A stretch of DNA of 32,000 nucleotides, taken from contig JAFGBS010000028.1 of NCBI GenBank assembly GCA_016933055.1, forward strand, positions 1 to 32,000. The letters run 5' to 3'. Source of the stretch: Promethearchaeota archaeon. Lineage in GTDB: Archaea; Asgardarchaeota; Lokiarchaeia; Sigyniarchaeales; Promethearchaeaceae. Both the position numbers and the translations under genes were made by a program. This document shows positions 16,427-25,781 of this stretch, piece by piece (within the stretch, counting starts at the first letter, position 1; each line of letters begins with the position of its first letter). The notes beneath the pieces were generated by a model. The model was not told the origin of the DNA. It searched no databases and worked only from the letters and a program-made list of their open reading frames with translations.

Positions 16427-19201
16427 TTATCTAATTTTTTTCCTTTTTTTTCGAGAGATTAATTTTCTCATTTCTTCAGCAAGTAGTAAAATGAATGCTC
16501 CGGAGACGATTATAACCCAATCAAGTAATGTCAGCGGTGTAGTTCCTAATAGAACATTCATAAAAGGAGCTTGTATAGCTAGTATTTGGAGGGATATTGA
16601 AACAGCTAAACCAATAGCAATACTTGAATTAGATCTAAATCCTAGTTGGAAAATGGATTGATTTCTTGACCTGCAATTAACCGCATTGACAATCTGGAAG
16701 AACGCTAACGCATTGAAAGCTAAAGTTTGTTTTTCCAGAATTGTTGCATCTGCACCGTGTAGTAAAGAAATAAGCAATACACCAGAAGCCATAATCACTG
16801 CGGTAAATATTATCTCAAATAACAAACTTTTGGATAGTATAGATTCATTCGGTGATTTTGGGGGGAGTATCATCACATCCTGTTCTTTTGGTTCTCTTGC
16901 TAAAGCTACTGTTAAAGTTCCGTCCGTCACAAGGTTTACCCAAAGAATAGCCAGTGCTGTAAAAAGGGGAGTATTGTCTCTCAATAAAATAATGCTTAAG
17001 AGGATTGTAAGAACCTCTCCAATATTGGTCGTAAGGAGAAATTTAATTCCTTTTTTTATATTATCTGCTACTACTCGGCCTTCCTCAATTGCATTTACAA
17101 TACTTGCAAAATTGTCATCTGTTAGAATCATTTTTGCCGTTTCTTTAGTGATATCGGTCCCTGTAATTCCCATGGCGATTCCTACATCTGCAGCTTTCAA
17201 TGCTGGCGCATCGTTGGCTCCGTCCCCCGTCATTGCTACAATCTCATTTTTACGTTTTAGCGAATTAACCACACGGTATTTGTGGGTTGGGGAAACACGT
17301 ACAAATGCTGATATCTTATCGATGCTATCATCTAGTTCCGAATCCAAAAGGTTCTCTAACTCAATGCCTTCAATAATCTCGGAACCAGGAGTCACGATAC
17401 CGATTTCTTCCCCGATGGCTTTTGCAGTTAACTTATGGTCCCCAGTCGCCATTATTACATGAATTCCAGCACTTTTACTTAATTTTATGGCTTCTTTTAC
17501 TTCTTCCCGGGGCGGATCTATCATGCCAATTAAACCAAGAAAAGCCATTTTAGAGATCTTTTTTCCATCATTCATTAATTGCGATTTTACCAAATCAATT
17601 TGATCATATTCGATTTCCATTGATGCAAATCCAAGAACTCGTAATCCCTCACTTGCAAATTTATTTGCATTTTCCAGAATTTTTCTTCTCGTTTCTTCAT
17701 TGATTGGCATGCTTTGATTATTGAATAGGAAAGTATCAGATAGCTGTAAAATTGACTCAGGAGCTCCTTTTGCATGAATAGCAATCCCTCCGTTTTCTGA
17801 TTGATTAAATGTCACCATAAATCGATTTTTCGGGTCAAATGGAATCTCATCAACTCTCGGAAAATCCCGATGAAGATCTTCTCTTTGTAAATGTAATTTC
17901 GCTGCCGCTACCAGTAATGCTCCCTCAGTAGGATCTCCCGTTATTTCCCACCGAATATCGTCATCCGCAAGACGGTTCTCTATCAGATGAGAGTCATTAC
18001 ATAAAATTGCTGTTTTGAGTAGTGTATGTAATTCATCACCTGGAGTAATTTTGCTGATTTTCTTATCGATTTGACCTTCTTCATAGAATCTGCCTTCTGG
18101 TTTATAGCCCACACCGGTGATTTCCAGAATTTTATTGTTACTTAAAATCTTCCGAGCTGTCATTTGATTACTTGTCAATGTACCTGTTTTATCGGTCACA
18201 ATAGTTGTTACTGCCCCCAAAGAATCAATTGCTGCCAACTTTCGCATAATTGCATTTCGCTTCACCATCTTTTGTACCCCAATTGCCAGTGTGATCGTTA
18301 TTGCTGCAGGTAATCCGGAGGGTATAGATGAGACTAAGGTTGCAATACCAAATAATAACATATCAATAAATTGAAATCCTCGCAGTAAACCGATTATGAA
18401 AATTAATACACTAATGAGAATTGCTAGCAAGCCCAAATTTCTCGATAAAATTCCAATTCGCTTTTGCAATGGAGAAATGATATCTATTGCTTCATCAATA
18501 AGCGTCGTTATTTTCCCCATTTCAGTTTTCATTCCGGTGGAAAATACGATTGCTCTACCGCGTCCCGACGTAACGAGGGTTCCTGAATATACTATATTTT
18601 TCCGATCAGCTAACGGAATTTGTTCTGGAAATATCCCTACTTGTTTACGCACCGTTAGCGATTCTCCTGTAAGCATAGATTCATCTACTTCAAGATTCGC
18701 AACAGATATCAATCTGGAATCCGCAGGGACCTTATCTCCTGCTTCCAACAATATTAAATCTCCTGGAACGACATCTCGTGTTTTTATTCGTAGTTCAATA
18801 CATTCGGTTCCCTTGCTACAATTCCGAATAACATCTGCTTCTGGAGTTGCCATATTCTTTAATGCACTTAATGCTGCATCTGCTTTAGCTTCTTGAACAA
18901 AACCAATGATCCCGTTTATAAGTATCACCGCTACTATGACCGCAACGTTGATGATTTTACCAACAACCGCAGAAATAATTGCTGCAGCCACAAGAATATA
19001 CGTAATTCCATTAGTAAATTGTGAAATAAATAATTGTAATTTTGTTTTTTTCTTCTTTAAGCTTAGCTCATTTGGACCGTATTGAATTAATCGTTTTGCC
19101 GCTTCTTCTTCTGAAAGTCCCTCATATGATGTATTTAATTGATTTAATAATTCATTTTCGGGTATATTATGATAAATTGATTCATGGGTAATTTTTATCA
19201 C
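16427..19201 (-). CDS. P-type ATPase, P2A (Ca2+-ATPase-like) scaffold
   Basis: TGES, DKTGT, KGAPE, DPPR, TGD, MTGDGANDAP, M5 TNIGE, M6 NLVTDG. M4 reads PSGLP. Confidence 0.95.
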   Translation of the reverse strand: MIKITHESIYHNIPENELLNQLNTSYEGLSEEEAAKRLIQYGPNELSLKKKKTKLQLFISQFTNGITYILVAAAIISAVVGKIINVAVIVAVILINGIIGFVQEAKADAALSALKNMATPEADVIRNCSKGTECIELRIKTRDVVPGDLILLEAGDKVPADSRLISVANLEVDESMLTGESLTVRKQVGIFPEQIPLADRKNIVYSGTLVTSGRGRAIVFSTGMKTEMGKITTLIDEAIDIISPLQKRIGILSRNLGLLAILISVLIFIIGLLRGFQFIDMLLFGIATLVSSIPSGLPAAITITLAIGVQKMVKRNAIMRKLAAIDSLGAVTTIVTDKTGTLTSNQMTARKILSNNKILEITGVGYKPEGRFYEEGQIDKKISKITPGDELHTLLKTAILCNDSHLIENRLADDDIRWEITGDPTEGALLVAAAKLHLQREDLHRDFPRVDEIPFDPKNRFMVTFNQSENGGIAIHAKGAPESILQLSDTFLFNNQSMPINEETRRKILENANKFASEGLRVLGFASMEIEYDQIDLVKSQLMNDGKKISKMAFLGLIGMIDPPREEVKEAIKLSKSAGIHVIMATGDHKLTAKAIGEEIGIVTPGSEIIEGIELENLLDSELDDSIDKISAFVRVSPTHKYRVVNSLKRKNEIVAMTGDGANDAPALKAADVGIAMGITGTDITKETAKMILTDDNFASIVNAIEEGRVVADNIKKGIKFLLTTNIGEVLTILLSIILLRDNTPLFTALAILWVNLVTDGTLTVALAREPKEQDVMILPPKSPNESILSKSLLFEIIFTAVIMASGVLLISLLHGADATILEKQTLAFNALAFFQIVNAVNCRSRNQSIFQLGFRSNSSIAIGLAVSISLQILAIQAPFMNVLLGTTPLTLLDWVIIVSGAFILLLAEEMRKLISRKKRKKIR

Positions 19202-19349
19202 CTCAATACTGTTGCATTAAGCTTTTTAATTTTTTAAGTTAATGATGCTGGTCTCAAACTAATTCTTAGAATTTACCGATATATTATGCGTTTTAAGTAG
19301 AAAAATAGCTTAGAAAATATTAAAAATGTAACTATCCCCATTTTTTAAT

Positions 19350-20228
19350 ATGAATTCCGAGAATTCTGAAAAAAAGCATAGAATTATGGGGATTGGTGCC
19401 CATCCCGACGATATTGAAATTGTAGCGGGTGGACTTTCGCTTCTGGGAAAAAAACTTGGGTATACATTCAAATTTGTTAGTGTAACAAACGGGAATGTCG
19501 GTCATCATATAATACCACCCGATGAACTCAGCAAAATTCGATTAAAAGAAGCTCAAAATGCAGCAAAAGCCTTGGGAGGGGAATTTGAAAGCTTAAATGT
19601 GGATGATGGGTATGTGTTTGTCAATAAAGAACAAACAGAGAAAGTCGTGCGGGTGATTCGAGAGTTTGATCCGGACTTGCTGATTACTCATCGGCCATAT
19701 AGTTATCATAGAGATCACCGTTACACAGGGGTGCTCGTTATGGATGCCAGTTATATGTTAGTAGTACCTCATTATTGTCCAGATGCCCCTATCTCTCCCT
19801 CTCGACAAATGCCGGTGATATGTTATGCCTATGACGATTTTATTAAACCCTATCCCCTTGAACCCCATGTGATATTGGATATAACAAATGTGTATGACAA
19901 GAAGATAAAAGGTATATCCCATCACACCAGTCAGATAATGGAGTGGATTCCTTGGACGGTACGAAGGGAGGATGAATTTTCATCTCCTTTTTCTGAAAAA
20001 GATAAAGAATCGGCTGCAAGTTTAATTGAAACTACCTATTTTTCCACTGCGATCACACGCTACCGTTCACTTATAAAGAAAGGATATCCCGAGAAGAAAG
20101 TTAAAAATATTGAAGTGTATGAAATTTGCGAGTATGGAAAAATTCCGAGTAAAAAAGAGCTGCAAGAATTATTTCCAGGTGCTTTTATTCCAAGCAAAAA
20201 GCAATTGAAAACATTTATGGATAACTGA
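19350..20228 (+). CDS. PIG-L/LmbE family deacetylase
   Basis: GAHPDD, VTNG..G, RLKEA..AA..LG, HRDH metal-binding motif, HTSQ. Confidence 0.9.
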   Translation: MNSENSEKKHRIMGIGAHPDDIEIVAGGLSLLGKKLGYTFKFVSVTNGNVGHHIIPPDELSKIRLKEAQNAAKALGGEFESLNVDDGYVFVNKEQTEKVVRVIREFDPDLLITHRPYSYHRDHRYTGVLVMDASYMLVVPHYCPDAPISPSRQMPVICYAYDDFIKPYPLEPHVILDITNVYDKKIKGISHHTSQIMEWIPWTVRREDEFSSPFSEKDKESAASLIETTYFSTAITRYRSLIKKGYPEKKVKNIEVYEICEYGKIPSKKELQELFPGAFIPSKKQLKTFMDN

Positions 20229-20317
20229 ATTAATAGATTGTTCCAAAAAGCTATCATCACATTTTTTCATTTTCATGTAGTATATGATTCTTGGATAAAT
20301 AAGAAAAAAAAGTGTGT

Positions 20318-22033
20318 TTAAGCGTCCCAACCGCCTTGTTCACGTAATTTTTTAGCGATTTCCTTGGATTTGTCTTTTAAGGTCACATAATCGGTTTTTG
20401 AGACTCTATTGAGTGGCATCTGCTCGGGTTCCAGAATTTCTACATGGGAGGGTCTTTTATATGAAGCCATTTCCTTGCATAACTCATCAATCTCCTCTTT
20501 TGTCACTTTCTCTCCTTTTCGAGTTTCGACAAACGCCATGATTCCCTCTGTAAATACATCATGAGGTACTCCAACTACTGCAACCGAACTGACTTTTTCT
20601 TTTAATCCCGTACCGATAAAATCTTCAACCTCTTGAGGATATACGTTATAGCCCTTTGGTTTGATTAGAAGTTTACTTCTACCCGCAAAATGTAATCCTT
20701 CCTCATCATAGGAACCTAGGTCCCCGGTATAAAGGATGCCATCCGTGGAAATTGTTTTTCTTGTATTTTCCACGTCGTCCATATACCCAAGAAATATCTG
20801 CGGTCCTTCGAAACAGATTTCTCCAATTTCCTCTTTGGGTTTCTCATCTCCCGCAGATCCGTCTTTTTTCATCATTTCTCGTATAGAAATTGGGCAGAGA
20901 GGACTATCATAACCAATTCCCTTGAGTAAATCATCTACATCATAATCCATAGGGGTATATGTACAGAAACCTGCCGTTTCTGTCAATCCTAATCCTGTTG
21001 GGTATTGTTTGGCCATAGTAGATAACTTCTCTAAGAATGCTCTCGTCACTTGTTGCCCTGCAGCTATACAGAATCGTAGACTGGAGAGATCATAGTCATC
21101 GTAATTAGGCAATCGCCATTCCATCGAAAATAACGCCGGAATTTGCCCCATGCAAGTCACTTTGTACTTTTGGATAGCGTCGAGTGAATGATCAGGTTTG
21201 AAGATATGAAGAATAACGGCAGTCCCGCCTCCGTAAATTGTGGTTGCGAGCTGTTCTGTTGTGCATCCCACATGGCTTGGGGGAAGGTTTACAAGCATTC
21301 GATCGCTTTCTCTCATCTCAAATCCCGTTCCTAAACTAATATTTTGGAGCAAGATGTTCTCGTGACAAAGCAATGCAGGTTTAGGCCAACCTGTAGAACC
21401 TGTTGTGAAAATAATTAGGCAAGGATCCCGTTTATCTACTTTTTTGGAAGCCCTCTTTACTGCGCCTCCCAGGATTCCCTTTAGGAGATATACTTTCTTA
21501 ATATCTGCGGCAAATTCTCCAATCCCGATTGCTCCATCCATTACTAATTCGGGTTCCTTCTGGAATTGCACCCAATATTTTACCGTATCCTTATGGGCTT
21601 CCATCACAGGCTTAACAATATCTCGAAAGTCTGCAACTTCCGTTTTTCCTAAAAACATGTACACTTTGGGTTTTATTTTATCGAATGCACGAATAATCTC
21701 TTGAGATTTTAATCTTGGATCAAGAGGGGCTATGATTGCACCGATTCGGAAACATCCATACATCAAGTAGATGTGTTCCTTAAGTAAAGCAAGGCTTGTA
21801 GCAACCACATCCCCTTTCTTAATACCAAGAGATAATAGCTTAGCAGCAAATGCTTTGCTGGAAGTTTTGAACTGTTTCCATGGTATTTCCGCACCCGTAT
21901 TGTATTCAATTATCGCTAAGTCATCGGGCTTAATTTTCGCCCATTTGTCGACGATATCGTGCATGAGAGGATATTTTTCAAGCTCCTCAGCACGTTCCAT
22001 AACTAACTTATTTTTTTCTTCATCTGGATACAA
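20318..22033 (-). CDS. Acyl-CoA synthetase/AMP-forming ligase (ANL superfamily)
   Basis: IFTTGSTGWPKP P-loop, GLTET, YTGDLG, GRSK..IKPKGYNVYPQEVE. Confidence 0.9.
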   Translation of the reverse strand: MYPDEEKNKLVMERAEELEKYPLMHDIVDKWAKIKPDDLAIIEYNTGAEIPWKQFKTSSKAFAAKLLSLGIKKGDVVATSLALLKEHIYLMYGCFRIGAIIAPLDPRLKSQEIIRAFDKIKPKVYMFLGKTEVADFRDIVKPVMEAHKDTVKYWVQFQKEPELVMDGAIGIGEFAADIKKVYLLKGILGGAVKRASKKVDKRDPCLIIFTTGSTGWPKPALLCHENILLQNISLGTGFEMRESDRMLVNLPPSHVGCTTEQLATTIYGGGTAVILHIFKPDHSLDAIQKYKVTCMGQIPALFSMEWRLPNYDDYDLSSLRFCIAAGQQVTRAFLEKLSTMAKQYPTGLGLTETAGFCTYTPMDYDVDDLLKGIGYDSPLCPISIREMMKKDGSAGDEKPKEEIGEICFEGPQIFLGYMDDVENTRKTISTDGILYTGDLGSYDEEGLHFAGRSKLLIKPKGYNVYPQEVEDFIGTGLKEKVSSVAVVGVPHDVFTEGIMAFVETRKGEKVTKEEIDELCKEMASYKRPSHVEILEPEQMPLNRVSKTDYVTLKDKSKEIAKKLREQGGWDA

Positions 22034-22145
22034 ATTAATTCACCTATTCATCTCTTGTTCTGAGGATTTATTAAATTGTTTTGAAAAGATTTGGATAGAA
22101 ATTCGAAAAAAAACATTTTATTCAACTTGTTCTCATACTTGGATC

Positions 22146-22955
22146 ATGAGTATATTACTTCAAGAAGTAAAGAGCAAAGTTCTATATTTAACTCTGAATC
22201 GCCCCGAACGTGCAAATTCCCTTAATCCTCCTTTGCTAGTGGAATTAAAAAAAACTATCATGAATGCTCAACAGAATCCCAAAATCCGAGTTATTGTTTT
22301 AACAGGAACGGGGGAAAATTTCACAACTGGTATCGATGTAGGATCCGTTGCAAGTTTCTCAACTGCGGGAAAAATAAATCTGGGATTAGTAGCGGGGGAT
22401 ATTGCTACGCTTCTTTTCTCAGGAAAACCCAGTATTGTTGCAATTAATGGAAGAACTATGGGTATGGGCATTGTATTCGCAGCAGCAGCTGACTATCGTC
22501 TGATGGTAGATACTTGCGAATGGAGTATGCCAGAAGTGACTGCGGGAATCTTTCCGGGGGCAAGTTGTGTGGCGATCTTTACACGAGTGAGTGGTGTCGC
22601 CTGGACACGAAGAATGCTTATGACGGGAGAAAAATTCAATCCAAACCATGCACTTCAAGCACATATAGCGGATGAAATATGCCCTTCCTCCGATCTTAAA
22701 GAAGAAACAAAAAAGATCGCACGAACTTTGAAATCCTATAACCAAGTGAATCTTAAAGCAATTAAGTATGCAACCATTGCGATGCCCGATATGTATTATG
22801 ATGAGTCTATCCAACTGGAAAAAGAACTGTCTTCGTGGTTTGAATGGCAAGAACCGGAAAATAGATTGAAAACCACTTTGGAAACGCATTCATTGCATTT
22901 CACCCTTACAGGAGATTCTCAGAAGCTTATTGAAGAATATGAAAGGACACAGTAA
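22146..22955 (+). CDS. Enoyl-CoA hydratase/isomerase (crotonase) family protein
   Basis: The real start is probably ATG 22146 (MSILLQEVK). TLNRPERANSL, FTTGID, AINGRTMGMG, PEVTAGIFPG, MLMTGE. The ORF-track extension from 21771 is antisense to the ligase. Confidence 0.9.
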   Translation: MSILLQEVKSKVLYLTLNRPERANSLNPPLLVELKKTIMNAQQNPKIRVIVLTGTGENFTTGIDVGSVASFSTAGKINLGLVAGDIATLLFSGKPSIVAINGRTMGMGIVFAAAADYRLMVDTCEWSMPEVTAGIFPGASCVAIFTRVSGVAWTRRMLMTGEKFNPNHALQAHIADEICPSSDLKEETKKIARTLKSYNQVNLKAIKYATIAMPDMYYDESIQLEKELSSWFEWQEPENRLKTTLETHSLHFTLTGDSQKLIEEYERTQ

Positions 22956-22959
22956 AATA

Positions 22960-23043
22960 TGCAGAGAGAGGGATTTGAACCCCCGAACTACTAAAGACTG
23001 GATTCTGAGTCCAGCGCCTTTGACCATACTCGGCAATCTCTGC
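22960..23043 (-). tRNA. tRNA-Leu (anticodon CAG), intronless, CCA not encoded
   Basis: Reverse complement is GCAGAGATTGCCGAGTATGGTCAAAGGCGCTGGACTCAGAATCCAGTCTTTAGTAGTTCGGGGGTTCAAATCCCTCTCTCTGCA: 7-bp acceptor stem, CTGGA/TCCAG anticodon stem, long variable arm, TTCAAAT T-loop. Confidence 0.97.
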
Positions 23044-23210
23044 TAGAATCTTACTAAATTATGGTGTTTATCCTTCTGATAAACAATATTTGAGAAGGAT
23101 AGTGCGTGTAATTCAATACGCGGATTAGTTTAAAATTTCCTATTCTTAAACCCGCAACTATATAAGCAAGTTTAAAGAAAATATCCCATCGATAACATTT
23201 CGGTGAGTGC

Positions 23211-23540
23211 ATGGGAGAATCAGAGGAATGGGAAATCGACTTGCAACCCTCTTTTATTGCGTATAAGTTGAATGATAAAGAGGAGAAATTTGAAAAACTA
23301 CCCCACAGTATCGCAGAAGAAATACATCCGTACCTCCTTTCGGAAAACATTGTATTAATAATTGATATGGAAAATCAGAATGCGTATATTTGGGAGGGGA
23401 GTGCAGCTTCTATACATATGAAATTTTTAGCTGCTCGCATTGCTCCGACTGTTAGAGATAGGCACGGCACTATGAATTTACACAGCATAGATCAATCATC
23501 GGAACCTGATGGATTCAAAGTATTCATGAAATTACCTTAA
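23211..23540 (+). CDS. Single-domain gelsolin/villin-like protein (Asgard eukaryotic-signature type)
   Basis: LIID..NQNAYIWEGS..S...K...A..A..VRDRHG..NLHSIDQSSEP..F fits the gelsolin repeat pattern. GGTGA RBS upstream. Confidence 0.75.
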   Translation: MGESEEWEIDLQPSFIAYKLNDKEEKFEKLPHSIAEEIHPYLLSENIVLIIDMENQNAYIWEGSAASIHMKFLAARIAPTVRDRHGTMNLHSIDQSSEPDGFKVFMKLP

Positions 23541-23663
23541 ATCGCAACATAATTGAATGTCTCATATGTGTTTAAATTTTTAAGAATAGGACACTAATTC
23601 TCTTATATATATATCCTATGTACTGCTAACTATTACCTAAATACAAATTCGAGAAAACAAACA

Positions 23664-24398
23664 ATGAAAATCGATAAAGAAGAGAAACCAATTGCTGTTT
23701 ATCAGTTAAATGATGAACTGGGGGAATTCGAAGAACTTGATTTAGATCCGGGAGTAAAACTTTATGAATTATTGGATCCTGCTTTTTCTTTACTATTCTT
23801 AGATCCAAATCATTTTAAAGGATGGATCTGGCAGGGAAGTGAGGTTTCTACTCGAATGAAATTTTTATCTGCTAAATTAGCACCATCCGTTCGTGATAAA
23901 TTTGGTACTGCGATGAGACTTACTACAGTGGACGATGGCTCTGAACCTATGGCATTTAAGATTCTGGTGGGATTGCAGGAAGAAGTTGATTACGAGGTGG
24001 ATGAACAAGACACAGGGAGAATCAAAGATGAGAAGGATTATGAATTGCTTGATCTTTTAAAACGAGAAAACCTTCTCTTAGCTCTTGCAAAAACCCAACT
24101 TCCCATTGAATACAAACGAGAATTAGTTGTTGTAAAAGATAAAATTTTCAAATATAAGGTACAAGATAAGCACGTAAACGGGCAAGTAATTCAAGAGGAA
24201 GAATTAGTCCCACTTACAGAAAGTGTTCCAGATGGACCCTACACTTTTGATGATTATATTCCTCGACTTTTATTCAGTTTTAACAGTATTGCGTTAATTG
24301 AACTTTTGAGGCGCCGATCTCCTCAAGAAATCGAAATAGAGAGGAAAAAACACGAATCCAACCGATTACAAAATCAACAGGAACAACTTAATTTCTAA
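23664..24398 (+). CDS. Gelsolin-like domain plus C-terminal domain of unknown function (1DGelX-like architecture)
   Basis: The first ~105 aa are paralogous to the preceding gene (GWIWQGSEVSTRMKFLSAKLAPSVRDKFG...VDDGSEPMAF), followed by an acidic linker and a ~110-aa extra domain. Confidence 0.75.
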   Translation: MKIDKEEKPIAVYQLNDELGEFEELDLDPGVKLYELLDPAFSLLFLDPNHFKGWIWQGSEVSTRMKFLSAKLAPSVRDKFGTAMRLTTVDDGSEPMAFKILVGLQEEVDYEVDEQDTGRIKDEKDYELLDLLKRENLLLALAKTQLPIEYKRELVVVKDKIFKYKVQDKHVNGQVIQEEELVPLTESVPDGPYTFDDYIPRLLFSFNSIALIELLRRRSPQEIEIERKKHESNRLQNQQEQLNF

Positions 24399-24400
24399 AT

Positions 24401-24634
24401 TTATTCAGTTCTATATTTTTCTACGATAAGACCTTGAAGTGACCATGCGTATTTCTTTAAATTTAATATAAGCATTTGTTGTTGGAGTTCCCGCAAGTAA
24501 GAAACCTCAAAAGAATCGAACAGAGATTCCAAATACTCTATTGTATCGAAAACTTCAGTTATTTTTGACCAATCTCGACTCCATTCAGTATCTTGAGGGA
24601 ATTCTTTTAATACTTCTAAATAGGAAGCTTTCAC
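24401..24634 (-). CDS. Small helical hypothetical protein
   Basis: 77 aa, GTG start with GTGAG RBS-like sequence upstream. It fills the gap between convergent and tandem genes. Confidence 0.65.
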   Translation of the reverse strand: MKASYLEVLKEFPQDTEWSRDWSKITEVFDTIEYLESLFDSFEVSYLRELQQQMLILNLKKYAWSLQGLIVEKYRTE

Positions 24635-24706
24635 GCTAACTCACTATACTATATAAGTCAATTTGGGTATATAAAATTTGAGTGAGCCCGTTAAACTTAG
24701 ATAAAG

Positions 24707-25549
24707 TCATTTTGCGTTTTGTAGGATTTTGTCTTCGATTTTTTGAACTTTTAAGTTACCCTCTTCATCGAAATAACGGTTTGTATATCTCCATGGAGTT
24801 AAAAATTTCCATAGGGTTTTCATTGAAGAACTATAGTTTAACCGGGCATTTCGTTTCGAATTCTGCTTCATCATAGGAACTAGTTTTTCTGCGACATTTT
24901 CAGCAGTATCGGACAATAAATTAAAAACCCAATATACTCGTTTATCATATGTTGTTCCTGCTTCTCCTGTTAAGATATTCGTTACTACCATACCTGGCTG
25001 AATTGAGCAAATGATTACATCAGTTTCTTTATATTCATAAGATAATGCTTTTCGGACATATGGAATCGCAGCTTTGGTCGTACCGTATACTGTCATCCCT
25101 TTTTGCACTCGTCCTCTTGCTCCTAAACCCTCCATATTGTATATTTTTCCCCCTTTCTCCTTCATGATTGATAATGCAACTTTGGAACCATATAATGTGC
25201 CCAGAAGATTGGTGGTTATTGTATCATGTATTTTTTCAGGTTCTAATTCATGGAATACCTTTAATGAGGATGGAGATATGCCTGCATTATTAATCCAGAT
25301 GTCTAAATCTCCAAATTTTGAAAGTGCAAACTCACCGAGGTGTTTAACATCCTCAAATTTTGTTACATCAGCAACCGTTCCAACAATTCTATTAGAATGC
25401 TTTTTCTGAAGAACTTGAGTGATGCGATCTACTAAATTTCTATTTCTCGAGGAGATTACCACGTTATCTCCTAATTCTAAAAACTTAATCGCAAAAGCAA
25501 GACCGATCCCCCGTGTGGAACCCGTGATCACAACATTATTTGGATTCAT
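24707..25549 (-). CDS. Classical short-chain dehydrogenase/reductase
   Basis: TGSTRGIG, WINNAG, YGTTK (YxxxK), IQPGMVVT. Confidence 0.92.
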   Translation of the reverse strand: MNPNNVVITGSTRGIGLAFAIKFLELGDNVVISSRNRNLVDRITQVLQKKHSNRIVGTVADVTKFEDVKHLGEFALSKFGDLDIWINNAGISPSSLKVFHELEPEKIHDTITTNLLGTLYGSKVALSIMKEKGGKIYNMEGLGARGRVQKGMTVYGTTKAAIPYVRKALSYEYKETDVIICSIQPGMVVTNILTGEAGTTYDKRVYWVFNLLSDTAENVAEKLVPMMKQNSKRNARLNYSSSMKTLWKFLTPWRYTNRYFDEEGNLKVQKIEDKILQNAK

Positions 25550-25781
25550 GATAGAAAAATATTAATCGAGCTATAAAAAATGCTGTTATTTGAAAAATTC
25601 ATGGATTTCAACAATGAATTTAGTAAGCTGAGAAAATCAAGAAACCGACAAAATGTAGCGTTAACTCTTTAATGAGAGAAGTCTAATAACGATACATCCT
25701 AAAAAAACCTTATTAACAACCGCAAAATTATGAATTGTCGTAATATTTATTTGGATCACTCGGATCATAACCTATTTAGAG

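Noticed and set aside
21771-22145. 125-aa N-terminal extension of the crotonase in the ORF track
   Set aside because: It overlaps the ligase on the opposite strand and lacks crotonase features. The family-typical N-terminus begins at ATG 22146.
22960-23043. tRNA-Leu as an integration site (att) for a mobile element
   Set aside because: No duplicated tRNA 3' end and no integrase seen in the window.
24707-25549. SDR resembles chlorophyll b reductase NOL/NYC1-type proteins (IYNMEGLG motif)
   Set aside because: This SDR subgroup is widespread in non-phototrophs, and nothing else in the window suggests pigment metabolism.
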